DNA of 63,773 bases, counting the filler, from Lenisia limosa (lineage: Eukaryota > Protista > Breviatea), in NCBI GenBank assembly GCA_001655205.1. It is 12 parts of 12 records of this genome, joined end to end, with 100 filler letters (N's around TTAATTAATTAA, not from the genome) between each part and the next. Parts side by side here need not be neighbours in the genome. Positions count along the whole stretch, not along the records: positions 24,450 to 29,815 come from LPNZ01011385.1; positions 29,916 to 31,100 come from LPNZ01002596.1; positions 31,201 to 32,360 come from LPNZ01008278.1; positions 32,461 to 38,056 come from LPNZ01011443.1; positions 38,157 to 43,647 come from LPNZ01009367.1; 7 more parts are not named here. One strand, given 5' to 3'. The position numbers and the translations under genes are program-made. Below are positions 24,450-38,338 of the stretch, one piece after another (position 1 is the first letter of the stretch; each line of letters opens with the position of its first letter). The notes under the pieces were generated by a model. It was not told where the DNA came from. It saw nothing but the letters and a program-made list of their open reading frames with translations, and searched no databases.

Positions 24450-24690
24450 GTGTTAGATGATATATATAAATATACTATATATATTATGTTATAATGGGGG
24501 TGTTATATGATATATTATGTTATAATGCGGGTGTTATATGATATATTATATATTATGTTATGATGCGGGTGTTATATGATATATCGATATATATTATGTT
24601 ATAATGGGGGTGTTATATGATATATACATGTATATTACATATATATTATGTTATAATGGGGGTGTTATATGATGTATATGGTAACATTGG
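24450..24690. repeat. Tandem repeat with TATATTATGTTATAATG(G/C)GGGTGTTATATGA core
   Basis: About six copies separated by variable AT spacers. Confidence 0.8.
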
Positions 24691-24735
24691 GGGGTACTAT
24701 GGGGTATCAGTACATTTCTAATAGGGGTGTTATAA

Positions 24736-24831
24736 GGGCTTTCTACGGTCCAAAAGAGACTGGTAAAATAGCAATATTTATCGAAGATTTATCGAAAAAT
24801 TCAGTCTTTTTTTGGGACCGTCGGGAAGCTC
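24736..24831. mobile_element. MITE family A, variant subfamily
   Basis: GGGCTTTCTACGGTCC ... GGACCGTCGGGAAGCTC; core GACTGGTAAAATA...GATTTATCGAAAAATTCAGTC. Confidence 0.7.
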
Positions 24832-24920
24832 TAGGTATATAGGGGTACAATGGAATGGGATATGATATAATTATAACACTTTATTTTCAATTTTTTTTTT
24901 CAATAAATTTCTTCATAACT

Positions 24921-27900
24921 TCATTCACCGGAACCACCAACCTCATAAAACCTTTCAGTGAAAGTGGCCAAATGTGCAACCACCTTGACCCCCGCAGCAC
25001 CTTCGAGGATAGGGGGTTGTCGCCCCGCGTCCTGTACGGAATGAAAAGAGAGTAATTTAATTGTTTTTAAGCTTTGTAAGGAGTAAATTGAAAAGAACTC
25101 TGAAATTGCTTTGCCCAGTTGTTTATAGCAGGATCTTAGAGGGAGTATGTGGATATATTTCATAAATCAAGCTACAACCCACACATAAAGTTCACTTTCA
25201 TTTAAAGCTCAAAAAATCACCTTTATTTTTGGGTTGTAGATCAAATACGGGGCAAATAAGGAGGCAAGATGCTCAGGATGGTGAAATGCAGCAAGGCGGT
25301 GTAGCATTATAACAAGTTCCTNNNNNNNNNNNNNNNNNNNNNNNNNNNNNNNNNNNNNNNNNNNNNNNNNNNNNNNNNNNNNNNNNNNNNNNNNNNNNNN
25401 NNNNNNNNNNNNNNNNNNNNNNNNNCCAAATCAATTCTGTTGGCGGCCAACACACGAGGAGGGTTGAGAACCATAAAACAAACAAACCCCAGGCCTCCCA
25501 GTGTACGAGGGAGGGGGAGGGGTAATGGAACAATTTTGAGAAAATTCAAAAACCCCTAAAACAACCCAATTGGCTATCGTTCACTACTACCCCCCCCAAC
25601 CCTAAGAAGATGCTTATTCGGGGCTGGCAAGGCGAAGATAATGGACGCCAGGACGGCCTCTGCATGGGGTTGGTCCAAGTCTGGGGGAGTAAAGGGATAA
25701 TTTTCTGAAACAAATGCCCAAAACCAACTATTATAATGTATAATTTCCCCAAAAAGGAAAGTCGTTTCATCATTTCTTTATTTCGTAACCCACATTCGAA
25801 GTCGACAAACAGCTTGTAGGCCGTGGCCGTAGTGACTGGGGCGGGTAGGGCATCAAGGAACGCGATGAGTAGGCCTGTTTTAGTGAGAAACAAAAAAACA
25901 CAGTGTTTTGAGAAAAATGAATGTCAAAACAAGTGATTTTTAGTGAAGAAAGCACAGTTTATGGGCGAAAAAATAGGGTGGTAGTGATGAAAAAGCCTGT
26001 CCTAAGAGATAACAGTACTATTTTGAATGAGAAATGATCAATAATCATGTGATTCGTTGAACATACACTGTTTTGAATGAGAGATTATCAATAAAAATAA
26101 AGGTAATTCAAAAGGTTCAAAGCCCTAAGCATAGCATAGATCCAGGATTAAACATTTCCTTAGCTTTGCAAGAGTATTAAATATTTGTCTTTCTTACCAA
26201 GAGCGATATGGGGCTCGGAAGGGTTAAGATTGGAAGCTTCGAAAAAATTTTCTGTGTTGTTAAAATAAGTTGAACCTTGAAATTGTTAAAGAAATTTGAA
26301 ACTGATGAAAGAAATCTGAAACTGATGAAAGTAATTTGAAACTGATGAAAGAAATCTGAAACTGATGAAAGAAATGTGAAACTGATGAAAGAAATTTGAA
26401 ACTGATGAAACATTAAAAAACTCCCATTCCTAAACTCCATATTANNNNNNNNNNNNNNNNNNNNNNNNNNNNNNNNNNNNNNNNNNNNNNNNNNNNNNNN
26501 NNNNNNNNNNNNNNNNNNNNNNNNNNNNNNNNNNNNNNNNNNNNNNNNNNNNNNNNNNNNNNNNNNNNNNNNNNTTGAGAAGACGGTCATTCATTCCTAC
26601 AACGGTAAATTGCAAAATATCATATCGATTTGGGATTTCCATAGCCAAAAAACAAAAGACAAAAAGAGTACAATTTGGCGCATCATCGATTTGGGATTCC
26701 CATGTGCATACACTACGATTCCCATGTAGTGTACAACTCGGTTTGGGAACCACATAAACCGCTTCCATTGTCCCATTAGATTACATAATAATAAAGAGAA
26801 TTAGCCCCCCCCAAAAAAAAAAAACCCTACAATTCCAACAATNNNNNNNNNNNNNNNNNNNNNNNNNNNNNNNNNNNNNNNNNNNNNNNNNNNNNNNNNN
26901 NNNNNNNNNNNNNNNNNNNNNNNNNNNNNNNNNNNNNNNNNNNNNNNNNNNNNNNNNNNNNNNNNNNNNNNNNNNNNNNNNNNNNNNNNNNNNNNNNNCA
27001 CCAGATATAAACAAGTCAATTCGGCCTTCACTTCGGTTCGAAAAAGGTACAATAACGATAGTTTTCGAAGATTTATCAAGAAATTCCGTATTTTTTTGAA
27101 CCGAAGTGAAGCCCTAACAATCATGGCCAAAGCCGTTGACAAGGAATTTTAATGATAGTATCTGGCCGAAGCATTCCACACATAGTACTACCATGCTTCA
27201 AGATATTGGATAGTAGAATAATGTTAATTCACCAAAGATATCGCAATAAGACCTTGTTTATTCTCATTTCTTCAGAATCCAGCATGGGGAATACTCACCT
27301 TAGCTTCGCTTTCTCTTTCGAGCATTTCCGATAGGGGAACACCTGTTGCATTAGTTGTATTTGTTTAAAAGATATAATCAATGATACCTATATATCTGAT
27401 ATAATACACGATGAATATACTTTTTCTAAGTGGCATGCATTGCTATCAAATAAATTCGATTCAAAGTATACACTAAAAGCCTTAGTGCATAATCTTCCAC
27501 AATTTAGTTCAACCAGCAATAAACAATCAAAAGCAACAATTTAATTGAACAAGCAACATAAAAGCAACACCAATTTAATTGAACAAGCAACATAAANNNN
27601 NNNNNNNNNNNNNNNNNNNNNNNNNNNNNNNNNNNNNNNNNNNNNNNNNNNNNNNNNNNNNNNNNNNNNNNNNNNNNNNNNNNNNNNNNNNNNNNNNNNN
27701 NNNNNNNNNNNNNNNNNNNNNNNNNNNNNNNNNNNNNNNNNNNNNNNNTCACAAAAGCAACACAAATTTAATTGAACAAGCAACACAAAAGCAACACCAA
27801 TTTAATTGAACAAGCAACACAAAAGCAACACCAATTTAATTGAACAAGCAACACCAATTTAATTGAACAAGCAACAATTTAATTGAACAAGCAACATAAA

Positions 27901-29815
27901 AGCAACACCAATTTATTGAACAAGCAACATAAAAGCTACACCAATTTAATTGAACAAGTAACATAAAAGCATCACCAATTAAATTGAACAAGCAACACAA
28001 AAGCAACACCAATTTAATTGAACAAGCAACATAAAAGCAACACCAATTTAATTGAGCAAGCACAATCAGCGTTATTCATTAGTTGTTCAGACCCAGCCCA
28101 CCAAAGAACTTGGCAATGTGGAACGTATTACTATCATTATCGCTATCCGGCGAGTCGCTACTTGTATCGATGGTCGGATGCTGATGAGCTAGAATGTTGT
28201 TATCAGGGTTTGATAATGGATGTTGATGGTCCTCAGATCAGCTATAAGCGGATACTGGTTAATAGATGATGATGGTGATAAAGATAATGGATGATGCCGT
28301 TTCTTTGATCATTGCTTTAAGCTGGTTCTAAGCTCTGCGATGATATTGGAGCAGAGATAGTAGATAACGGCTTACGGGGGCGCTTTTTGCGTCTTAAAAA
28401 GCCCATTGTCGTCAAGTTTATCGTTTACATGAGGGAGAGGGCTTCCTCTGTCTCAGAGAGCTGGGTGCTACAGGATTTTCGATCAAGTCTTTTATTTTAA
28501 CTTCTTCTTTTGAGATGCTTTAAGGACTGGCAACAACATGCTTTTTGATGAATTCTCTTCTCTTTTTGCTTCAATGATCAATGATTGCATGATTGAAAGA
28601 ATTTGGAATTTGATGATTTACATTAGTTGCAATCGTGTAACTAATGTAAAAACCGATATTTTTCAATTTGCCAATAGATATTTTTTGCTTATTCTTTGTA
28701 CCCAGTCTTACTTTCTTCTGCCAACACATTCGTGTAGAAACATGTAGCCACACCTGAACCACAAAATAGCAATAAATAATAAATAATCAGAATTAGCAGC
28801 CGTCATTCATCAATAATCACATTACAAATACTTTTACATTTGAATACATACTTTTTCAAGCGCCAGAAGTGAATAAATAATAACAAATACATTAAATATG
28901 ACTCAAAACACTTGCAAAACACCATCATCATTGGTCACGTGACCACACAGAATCAAAACCTATCACTACTTAGGACTGTTTACACTAATTATGACTAATC
29001 ACAACCCAACACTAGTCCTGCTAACCTGAAGATGTTAAAGTAATTCTGATGAAGTTATAAATAAACATAGTATATGATTGCTGGAATAGTAACAAAAAAC
29101 AACAAGATATTCTGGTCCTAGCCATCCCTACTCCCATTATCCTTTTTGAACATGTTACAGTCCCATTACCTCGGGTTTGTGAGAAGGCGAGCACTTTGTC
29201 CTGCTAGTGAACTGACACGTTCTATCCGACTATCCTTGTGGACCTGAAAGTGTGGTAATATATATGCTAACTAATAGAACCCAGTTCAATGAATTTTAAT
29301 TGTTTTGAGGAAATCTTAATAGTAATTGAAACCGAAGTGAAGCCCTACACACAATATGCTCCATATTCAATGAATTCATGATTAGACATCAGAGTGCTTC
29401 ATTTTCAGTTTCAAAAGACATGAAAACTATTGATATCTATCTTTGATTATAGAAGAATTAAATCTTTTTTGGAACCGAAAGTGAAGCTCTAATTAGATCA
29501 CCCGACGCAGCCCACCTTGGAGAGGCAAACGCAAGCCCGGGCCGAGAGTGCTGGGGTGCGCGCTGCCGCCACTGATAATGCCGACACGCAGGAAAGGAGA
29601 AAGGCGGAAAACTAGGTGGTGAAACAGTTTATAACATCACATGTAAATGTGAAGCTAATCAATTCTCAATTAATCCACGACAAATCATCAATAAGAATTA
29701 TGGTATTGACAACTCCTCAATTATCCACAAAAATCTTCAAGGTGTAGAATTACAGTTCGAACAACAAAGCTTACCCCAGGTATGCTGTTTTCCTCGGCCA
29801 GGCTTTGGAGAAGTG
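24921..29815 (-). CDS. Multi-exon protein with a C-terminal RhoGAP domain (5' truncated)
   Basis: GLLIAFLDALPAPVTTATAYKLFVDFE, EAVLASIIFALPAPNKHLL and ELVIMLHRLAAFHHPEHLASLFAPYLI (25260-25890) match RhoGAP helices. The upstream exons are assumed to belong to the same gene. Confidence 0.65.
26291..26411. repeat. 20-bp minisatellite AAACTGATGAAAGAAATCTG
   Basis: About six copies, intronic. Confidence 0.85.
27023..27114. mobile_element. MITE family A copy
   Basis: GGCCTTCACTTCGGTTCG ... GAACCGAAGTGAAGCCC followed by TAA. Confidence 0.85.
27515..28060. repeat. 34-bp minisatellite CAATTTAATTGAACAAGCAACATAAAAGCAACAC
   Basis: More than 10 units including shortened variants; spans an N gap. Confidence 0.9.
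29280..29489. mobile_element. Two degenerate MITE family A copies
   Basis: Right TIR AACCGAAGTGAAGCCCTA near 29330-29346, and a decayed copy at about 29392-29489. Confidence 0.55.
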
Positions 29816-29915
29816 NNNNNNNNNNNNNNNNNNNNNNNNNNNNNNNNNNNNNNNNNNNNTTAATTAATTAANNNNNNNNNNNNNNNNNNNNNNNNNNNNN
29901 NNNNNNNNNNNNNNN

Positions 29916-30230
29916 CGCAGAGCGGACGGGATGCGCGATGACCCCCAGAGTATGACCGTAGCCGAAAGCTAATCCACCTATTTCATTCCCGATGCAAGTT
30001 TTCCGAAATATCGAAAATATTTTAAATTGTTGAGCCCTCGACAACACCTGTACAACCATTGTCTTACTCCCTATCACCTTCATTCACCTTCGCCACCCCC
30101 ATCACCTCCAATTCCTCGACCCCTCCCGCGCCACCTCCGACCCCAAACACCCGCAGACTTTGACATCGCCAAGGGGGTCATATCGGGTAACCTCATCACA
30201 AACCCGACTATGACCTTCCTTGGCCCCACA
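29916..30230 (-). CDS. Possible ankyrin-repeat gene fragment
   Basis: AKEGHSRVCDEV and LAFGYGHTLGVI resemble the ankyrin AA..GH..V motif. Short contig. Confidence 0.3.
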
Positions 30231-31779
30231 TGTCCGTCGTTCCGGGCGTATCTGGCGTACCTCACCTCCCACCACCTCACTAACCTCACCTTCGTCTTCC
30301 AACCTCACCCCTAACCACCCTACCAACTTTACCCCTTCTTTCCCTCATACCTCCACCTATTCGATTTACAACAATTGAATATCATCACTATTACATTAAC
30401 ACGGTTTGTGTGTTTCGCGGATTGTTTTTCATTTATTGTTCTTTCAAAATTCGCGGATTTCACGGCTATAACCTCGGTACAACCCTTCATGTAGAGCCAA
30501 TTCCATTACCCAAGGTTGCACGTATGTATTTATTGCGTTTTAATCTTTAAACTTAACCCCCCACCCCCGTTAGCTGACTAGCGTAGAAGCCCCCAACATA
30601 CAAAGAAAAAGAATCAAAGCTTTTGAAAAACAGAGCCTCCCCTACCTTACAAAGTACCCATATCTTACAAGCAATTGGTATTCACCCCAACAGAATACAA
30701 AGAAAACAAAAACAAAAAAAAAGATACGAAAGTAAAGGACGGAGAAGATAAACTGATAAAAGGCCCCCTTACAAGCGATTAGAATCGGCTGACCCCGTGA
30801 TCTCAATCCGACTTCCAGCAAATTGAATATTACTCGGTTCTAGAGGGGAGGGTCAGTCTCTTCACTGGGTAATTCAATTTCTACGAATAACTGTCCGTTT
30901 TAAAGGAAAGATTCTCAAGTGAAACTAGGATAAAACAGGCCAACCAAATTTGACAAAGGGAAGTTTGTTGCCTTAAAATACTATACTATACTAATAGAAG
31001 AAACTTGAAGAAATTTTGAAATAGTCTACTCTATCATGGAAAACATACCAAATTTGACTGGGAAGGAGAAGTTTATTGCTGCCCCGCTTATGAGTCCGAA
31101 NNNNNNNNNNNNNNNNNNNNNNNNNNNNNNNNNNNNNNNNNNNNTTAATTAATTAANNNNNNNNNNNNNNNNNNNNNNNNNNNNNNNNNNNNNNNNNNNN
31201 TGTGTATTATATTAATAATAATATCAAATATAGTCCACAAAAACCGTTCTGAATAATCGGTGCTAGAAGGTTTTTACAGGCAAAAAAATAATAATATATA
31301 AAAAAAAACCGTTAATCGTAACTCAGCTGAAATTGACGAAAGGTCATTTTTGAACAATTTTCGGAATTTTGAATTTTTAAGAATATTAGCTTTGGTAATA
31401 ATTGCGAACCAAATAATCTGAAACTCCAAGTAAACAAAAAACAAGCAAAAACAAACACGAACAACCAACGTGAAAATGAATAAACCAAAAAAAACTCAGT
31501 TGGCTCAACATTCGAAACATTTGAGAAGAGAGTTGAAAACAACAAACCAACTACTGCTGGTAGCTGTAGATGAGGATGGTGTGAAACACATTTACAAAAG
31601 AGAGACAAAAACAACAAGAAACAAGAAATAACCAACAGTTACAACACAAGCACCCTCAATACAAGAACCAAGAGACTATTATATCGTCCATATATATGTA
31701 GTACCTGTGAATTTTCCTCCAATCTGTGAACTTATTATAACATATGAATAAATCGCTCATATATCCTTCGAATCCCACC

Positions 31780-32070
31780 CTTGCGATGGAGTACGTAGAT
31801 CAACGCTGCCATTTCCGTTGTGAGGCCGACAGCGGCAATTGGCGAGATGTCCAAAGGCAAGCGTGTGAGAATCGTTTTCTTCCTGATGCCTTTTCGCGGC
31901 TTCCTCTTGGAACCTTCCATGTTCATATCCTCGAGGTCTACAGGGTGAGGGTTTCTGCTCTTACGCTACAATTAGTACTATGTTGCTCGCTGCTATACCA
32001 ATATGGACATGGATTGAAGAACGAAGGCAGAATGAGGGTTCATCCGGGTTATATTATATGCATGAACGGC
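31780..32070 (-). CDS. Hypothetical protein fragment
   Basis: AG/GT-bounded exon DLEDMNMEGSKRKPRKGIRKKTILTRLPLDISPIAAVGLTTEMAALIYVLHRK. Confidence 0.3.
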
Positions 32071-32460
32071 TGAACCCTATAAAACCCTATAAATCCCGAT
32101 ATTTTTATAAACTTTTTGAATAATTTCCCTCAAAAAACTTGGACATCAATAAAAATCAATAGAAATACGAAATAATGACCAAATGTAAAATTTCACACAA
32201 ATTGCAGAAAATTGGCACTCCGGGCCGGGCACCCGGGGTCATTTTCTGAAATAATCAATTCAAAAATCTTGCTCTTTTTGTTATTTTGGGATGTTCTCAC
32301 ATTTGGAATTAAGTTTGTGGAAGTTTCATAACTTTTGCGATATTTTTGTGATTCGGACCCNNNNNNNNNNNNNNNNNNNNNNNNNNNNNNNNNNNNNNNN
32401 NNNNTTAATTAATTAANNNNNNNNNNNNNNNNNNNNNNNNNNNNNNNNNNNNNNNNNNNN

Positions 32461-35400
32461 GGGGGGGGGGGGGGAGGTGAGATGGGAAGGCTAGATGGGA
32501 AGGCTATTTTCCTGGTTATGAAAACCATTTTGACCCACCTTGACCTCCTGTGAGTCACAGCTGCAATCCTCATCGCTGCATTCGGGTCGGCCACAGTTGA
32601 TCATCACGTTGTAGGGGGTCAGGTCAAGATGACAGACCTGTGCTGTTAGACTTGGTCAACTGATGGAAGACTCAGCTGCAATATTAATCCTGGATTTGTG
32701 ACCCCCAATACCTCGGCTCTTGAATGCAGCTCAATCAGAGCCATCATGAATCCCTCGGCAATGTTATAGAGCACCTCCGGCCGCATAACACGACGGTTGC
32801 GGCTGTTGGCGAGGTCGTGGAGGGTGTGCGGCACTCGAGAGAGCAATAAGGCGCTCAGATTAGGCTCACCTAAGTGCGTGAGTTTGTGATCTCTTTCTTC
32901 CAAAAAGACAGTCCCATTTCACAAAAATGTTTGAGAAGACATTGGTCACTTGGCTCACGGGGCTCTTCAAGAAGGATGATGCCTCTCAATTCACAGCAAT
33001 GCTTGATTTGTTGACGTGTTAAGTGACTGGAGTGTCAAGGAACCCTCACGACCAATCCATCCACAATATCAAAGGACACGGATGGAAAACCCACCATTTT
33101 TATGTTTACAATGGAATTTTAGAAAAGGGCAAAACACGATAGACTCTAAAATCCCCCTTCTCCCCACCTCAGAATGCCAAGTTCCCTCCTAAAGGCCTTT
33201 TTGGCGCGTAAAGCTGAGCCTGTGGCCTGGAGCTGCGGGTCGGATTTCAGGACCTGGGGGGGGGGGGGGGNNNNNNNNNNNNNNNNNNNNNNNNNNNNNN
33301 NNNNNNNNNNNNNNNNNNNNNNNNNNNNNNNNNNNNNNNNNNNNCACACTGCAAAACAAGAGGTTCATAACTCGAGAACAGTAGCAAGAGGACGGGAGTG
33401 AGAGGGGAGGAGGGGATTATGAAAACTGAATGCGGAGTAAGGATTTTTAAGGATAGCGCTCACCTTGGCAATAGTGGGATTCTCCTGCTTCTCCAAGAAA
33501 CTCAAAATCTGAATAAGTTATGGCTTGTCGCATTGACAGGGTGAAATGTAGAAATTGGAAATAAAACAAGTACAATATCATCGATCACATAGGGTAAGTA
33601 ACCCACGCTTGAGAAGCGGCCTTCACCGGACTTCCAGGTGCCCTGAAGAACTTCAGGCTGCGAGAGAATCGGAACTATAAGGGTTATTAACATGTGAGAA
33701 CTAGCATCGAAAATTCAGTATTATTGGGACTAAGAGGGTTTGACAAAAGAAAACGAAACACCTATTTTATCAAGACCATCTATGAAAAACAATAAACAGA
33801 GAGAACGTATCAAAGAACGGATATCCCAGTGAGAGCACCGCAAACCTCCGGCATGGGAGCAAGAGGCCACAATCTGCAGGGTGTTGTGGTCCTTATGTCC
33901 CTTCAGGACGTCGGGGTTCCAGTGGTGCGAACGGGCTGTGGGCGTGAAAGTGTCAGGAAATCGAGGCCATTAGTGAGGGGGAAATGGTCAATATATGCAG
34001 AGATGAGAAATACATTATATAGGTAGTAGGCCTTTCACACAAGAGATATTAGATGAGAGTAAGACTAATCATTTGCTACAACTTTGACAAGACAGTTTTC
34101 TGCATGCATCCCTATTAAAAATATGTCAACTTGTGTACAAATCAATATGGGTACTTTAAACGTGTTAAAACGTTCATTATTTTAATAATTTGCTATCATT
34201 TCATAGCTACGCCCCTCACTGAGCTTGGGAGGGAGGAATGTCTTGGGGCATGGTCTGAAGATGAGCTGTTGTTTTGAAATGCCGAGGTCCGATAAAAGGG
34301 TAGGTGGCGCGTCCCAGTTGGCAATAATCTACGATATTAGGATATTAGGATATGTTAGATTAAGGAAAGAGACAGAAATACTCAAAGCTGAAGGTATTAA
34401 AATATATATATCATATGTACATATCGAAATAGCAATGAGTAATAAAATGCAAGGTTGTATTTGGCCGAAGCCGTCCACACCATCATGCTTATAGAGATAT
34501 TGAATTATAGTACATATAATAATACTACATCCAATCATTTGCCTTACAACTCTGTGCACATAGCTTTCTGCCTGCCTCCCCAGTTATCAAAATAATAATA
34601 ATAAAAATGGCATTTTCTGAACCAAAAGGACTCAAAAACAGAAGCCTCAGGCCCCACCATTGGGCCAAGTCCTTGGTTCTGTCCAATTTCGCCGTCACTC
34701 AGTCTCTATGGGGGGTTAAGCTTCGTCCGTACAATCATCAAGAACAAACACCGCATAATAAGGAAGCTGGAGAGAAAAAGACCAAAATGAAAAGGTGTAA
34801 AAAAACACTACAAAGAAGACTAATTATCAAGGGATTCATCGGTGCTATTAGCAAGCTATAAAGAAAAATCCCATATCAAAGATGCGACACAGTGCGAACT
34901 GACCTGCAAATACTCAAGAGCAGTGGGGGATGTCACGGGAATTTCGTTGAATGTTGACAGGTAGGTGATGGAGGCTTTTCTCATTTCGGGGGGCTGCGAG
35001 GTCAAATCATATCGCCAAGTTGATGGAATCAGAAAATATGGAGGAAATGATATGATATGCAATAAAATGTAGACAAGCTTGGCTCGCGACTTCACAATGA
35101 CAAAACAAACGTACCGTGCATTTGTAGGTGACAAACGGTCTCATCCACACAGTTCCATGGGTTCCGGAAGGGTCCTGTAATGCAGTCAGAATAATGATCT
35201 TATGATCTTGAGAGTAATCCAAGCCATGCGTACCTTGTTGAACCCGGTCAAGGCAATTACGACATCGGTAGAAGGCACCAGAGGGGCAAGAAGTCTCAGG
35301 GCCATTTTCGGCTCGAGACTCAGCTGGTGTGACGTAGCAATGGGCACGTGACTGAGGGACTGGTGGAAGATCGCGCTGTAATGTCAGAGAAATTTGGCCA

Positions 35401-38056
35401 GTTTATAAGCAGAAGAGAATGGGTCATCAAATAAACGGTCAAAACCAATTCCCTTCCATCTATACAAGATTCCACTCCAACCATTGGATGTGGCTGGCAA
35501 CACCATTCTGTGAGTTCGGCTCATTATTGGCAGGCATGTACATGAAGTGAACCTGTTTTTCAGCCTATATCGTGAAAAGAAACAAAAGAATAAAACTGAT
35601 GGATCAAAGAGAACAACACTACAAATCATAGACCCCTCCCCTCCACCTCCAAATCAATAGGGGCATCTTCCGAAGACTCAGCAGGCTTCTTGGGGGCGTC
35701 TTCGTCAAGGGAGAACCTCTTATTCACTTGGAGGATGAAAAGTGCGAAGTGTAATAACGAAGAAACAAATATTGAACTCTTACAGAGCTGGCATGGAAGA
35801 GTAAAACATAAGCATTATTAACATACATGGGGTCTTGCCACTAGACTTCTTGTTTTCAGCCCTTTTTTCTGCACGCTTCTGTGCCCTGGTATCTGCCCTG
35901 TTCTTGACAGGCTCCTCGCGAGTCTTACGGCCGCGTTTGCGCTACGAATGTCAGTACAAAGACTGGGAAAATCTTTTATTATTTTTCCGACCCTTTTGGC
36001 ACTGGAGGGAAGCACAAAAAAAAAAAAAAAAAAAANNNNNNNNNNNNNNNNNNNNNNNNNNNNNNNNNNNNNNNNNNNNNNNNNNNNNNNNNNNNNNNNN
36101 NNNNGAAGACCATAGAAATTCGGTCTTACAAAGTGAAGCCCATTATTGGAGATATTGGAGAGAAGGTGAAAGGCAAACACCAAAGTGAACCAACCGGTCC
36201 AAGCTCGGGAGAATCGAACGGGGTGTAGCTTGGTGATCGGGAGTGGGCGGGAGGGGACGGTGGCATGTAAGCATCCGAGATTGATGAGGGGGTCCTCTGG
36301 ACGGGAGTGGCTGCCTGGAGGGGTGAAAGTGGTCATTTGTTTTCAGCAAATTGAGGGGCAACAGTCGTGAAAGAATGAAAAGTAGAAAAGATAAATTATA
36401 CTGTAAAAAGAATGGAGAAACAAGTATATTGTATCTCCCAAAGCTTTAGGTAGATTCGACTCACTTCAGAGGGAGCTTGATCCAAGGCATCCTTCTAAAA
36501 ACATAAAATCAAGCAAAAGCAGAAGGGAGGAGGGAGGGGGTATAAACGTGAGCACAGGCATACTTTAGTTTTGGGNNNNNNNNNNNNNNNNNNNNNNNNN
36601 NNNNNNNNNNNNNNNNNNNNNNNNNNNNNNNNNNNNNNNNNNNNNNNNNNNNNNNNNNNNNNNNNNNNNNNNNNNNNNNNNNTTGAAGGAGGCTTCGGGG
36701 ACTCCTCGAAATCTATATCCTGCAGTGGTCAGTTGGAAGAGGAAGAAAGTGGGAACTCTATGAAAAGAAGCAATTATTGGTTAAAAGGTGCCAAAATGGA
36801 GGCGGAGGATACAATATAAGAAGAGGCAATAATGAGAGTCAGTTCTGAGCTATCAAGAGGTTAAAGGGAAGCACCAACCTGGAGATCTTCGGGCATCTGA
36901 GAGAACTCGCCCTCATCTTCAACTTCAATTACGTCATGCTCGGGACGGGAGATTTGGTCCATTGGAATGGGTGATCTTGAGGCGTCTTTCTGGATCTGCT
37001 CCCAGTTCGGATCCTTCATCATTTCTGCAGCAATCAAATACGTCAAGGTGTGTAAAAGAGTATGATATGCTTAGTCATTTAATGTATTATATATCATACC
37101 ATATAATGAATATATGATATGATATACGATATGTATAATAACACATCCAGCGCACCGCTTATCGGTCTGGCCTCGAGGCTGACGTCACGGGGTGCCTCGC
37201 CGCTGCTCAGAGAGATCAGGTCCGCTAAGTCCTCGGCGGTGGCAGAGAGCGCAAGAAAGGCCGGCGCGGGGTTGAACGTGTAGGCCTGGNNNNNNNNNNN
37301 NNNNNNNNNNNNNNNNNNNNNNNNNNNNNNNNNNNNNNNNNNNNNNNNNNNNNNNNNNNNNNNNNNNNNNNNNNNNNNNNNNNNNNNNNNNNNNNNNNNN
37401 NNNNNNNNNNNNNNAAACAAAGCGAAAAAAAATTTAGGAAAAACAAAGGAGATTGGTCAAGAACCTTCTTAGCGATTTTTGTTTATACCCCCACAAACAA
37501 GAAGGGTTTTGACTTGCGCAACAAGAGGGTGGTTACGGCCTGAAATGAATCAATAAGCCAGTGGATGCGAAACACCACGTACATTCAAAAATTTACCTGT
37601 TTTCGAGAGAGAGGACGAAATGAAAATTAAACACATCAGTACAGGCAGAAAAAAGTCAAGAAAAGGGAGGAGAGGGGCGAGCCTCAAAAAGACATCATAT
37701 TATGCGNNNNNNNNNNNNNNNNNNNNNNNNNNNNNNNNNNNNNNNNNNNNNNNNNNNNNNNNNNNNNNNNNNNNNNNNNNNNNNNNNNNNNNNNNNNNNN
37801 NNNNNNNNNNNNNNNNNNNNNNNNNNNNNNNNNNNNNNNNNNNNNNNNNNNNNNNNNNNNNNNNNNNNNNNNNGGAAAATTATAAAACAAAAAGCCCAAA
37901 TTAACTCTAAACACAAGGGTTAATAACAACAAACAAAGCCCAGGCAGAGATCAGCCTACCGTGGACATTGACAACGGCGGAAACGATGGTACTCAGTCGG
38001 AAGTGGAGGGCTTGTGTCGCTTCAGGCCCGGGGTCAAGAGCAGAGGCTCGGAGGTC
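32461..38056 (-). CDS. Large multi-exon protein with a C-terminal atypical protein kinase domain (truncated at both ends)
   Basis: AKKAFRRELGIL (alphaC), TLHDLANSR...VLYNIAEGFMMALIELHSRAE (VIa), VCHLDLTPYNVMI (catalytic loop). Preceded by a long acidic and Pro/Ser-rich region spread over many exons. Confidence 0.75.
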
Positions 38057-38338
38057 NNNNNNNNNNNNNNNNNNNNNNNNNNNNNNNNNNNNNNNNNNNN
38101 TTAATTAATTAANNNNNNNNNNNNNNNNNNNNNNNNNNNNNNNNNNNNNNNNNNNNATATATATATAGATATATAGATATATATATATATGTATGTCTGT
38201 TTTTTACTAATTATAATGCAATGTAAACTATATACTATGATAGTATATATTATCAGATACTATGTGTTATACTACATTATTATGGATATTATTTCTGATA
38301 GTATATATATGATATGTGTACATATTTGGGCTTTACTA

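Noticed and set aside
26697-26740. TACACTAC...GTAGTGTA hairpin as a terminator or ncRNA
   Set aside because: An 8-bp stem in a locally duplicated intronic stretch is expected by chance, and there is no supporting structure.
27515-28060. Repeat array as a CRISPR array
   Set aside because: Units are contiguous with no unique spacers, the context is a eukaryotic intron, and there are no cas genes.
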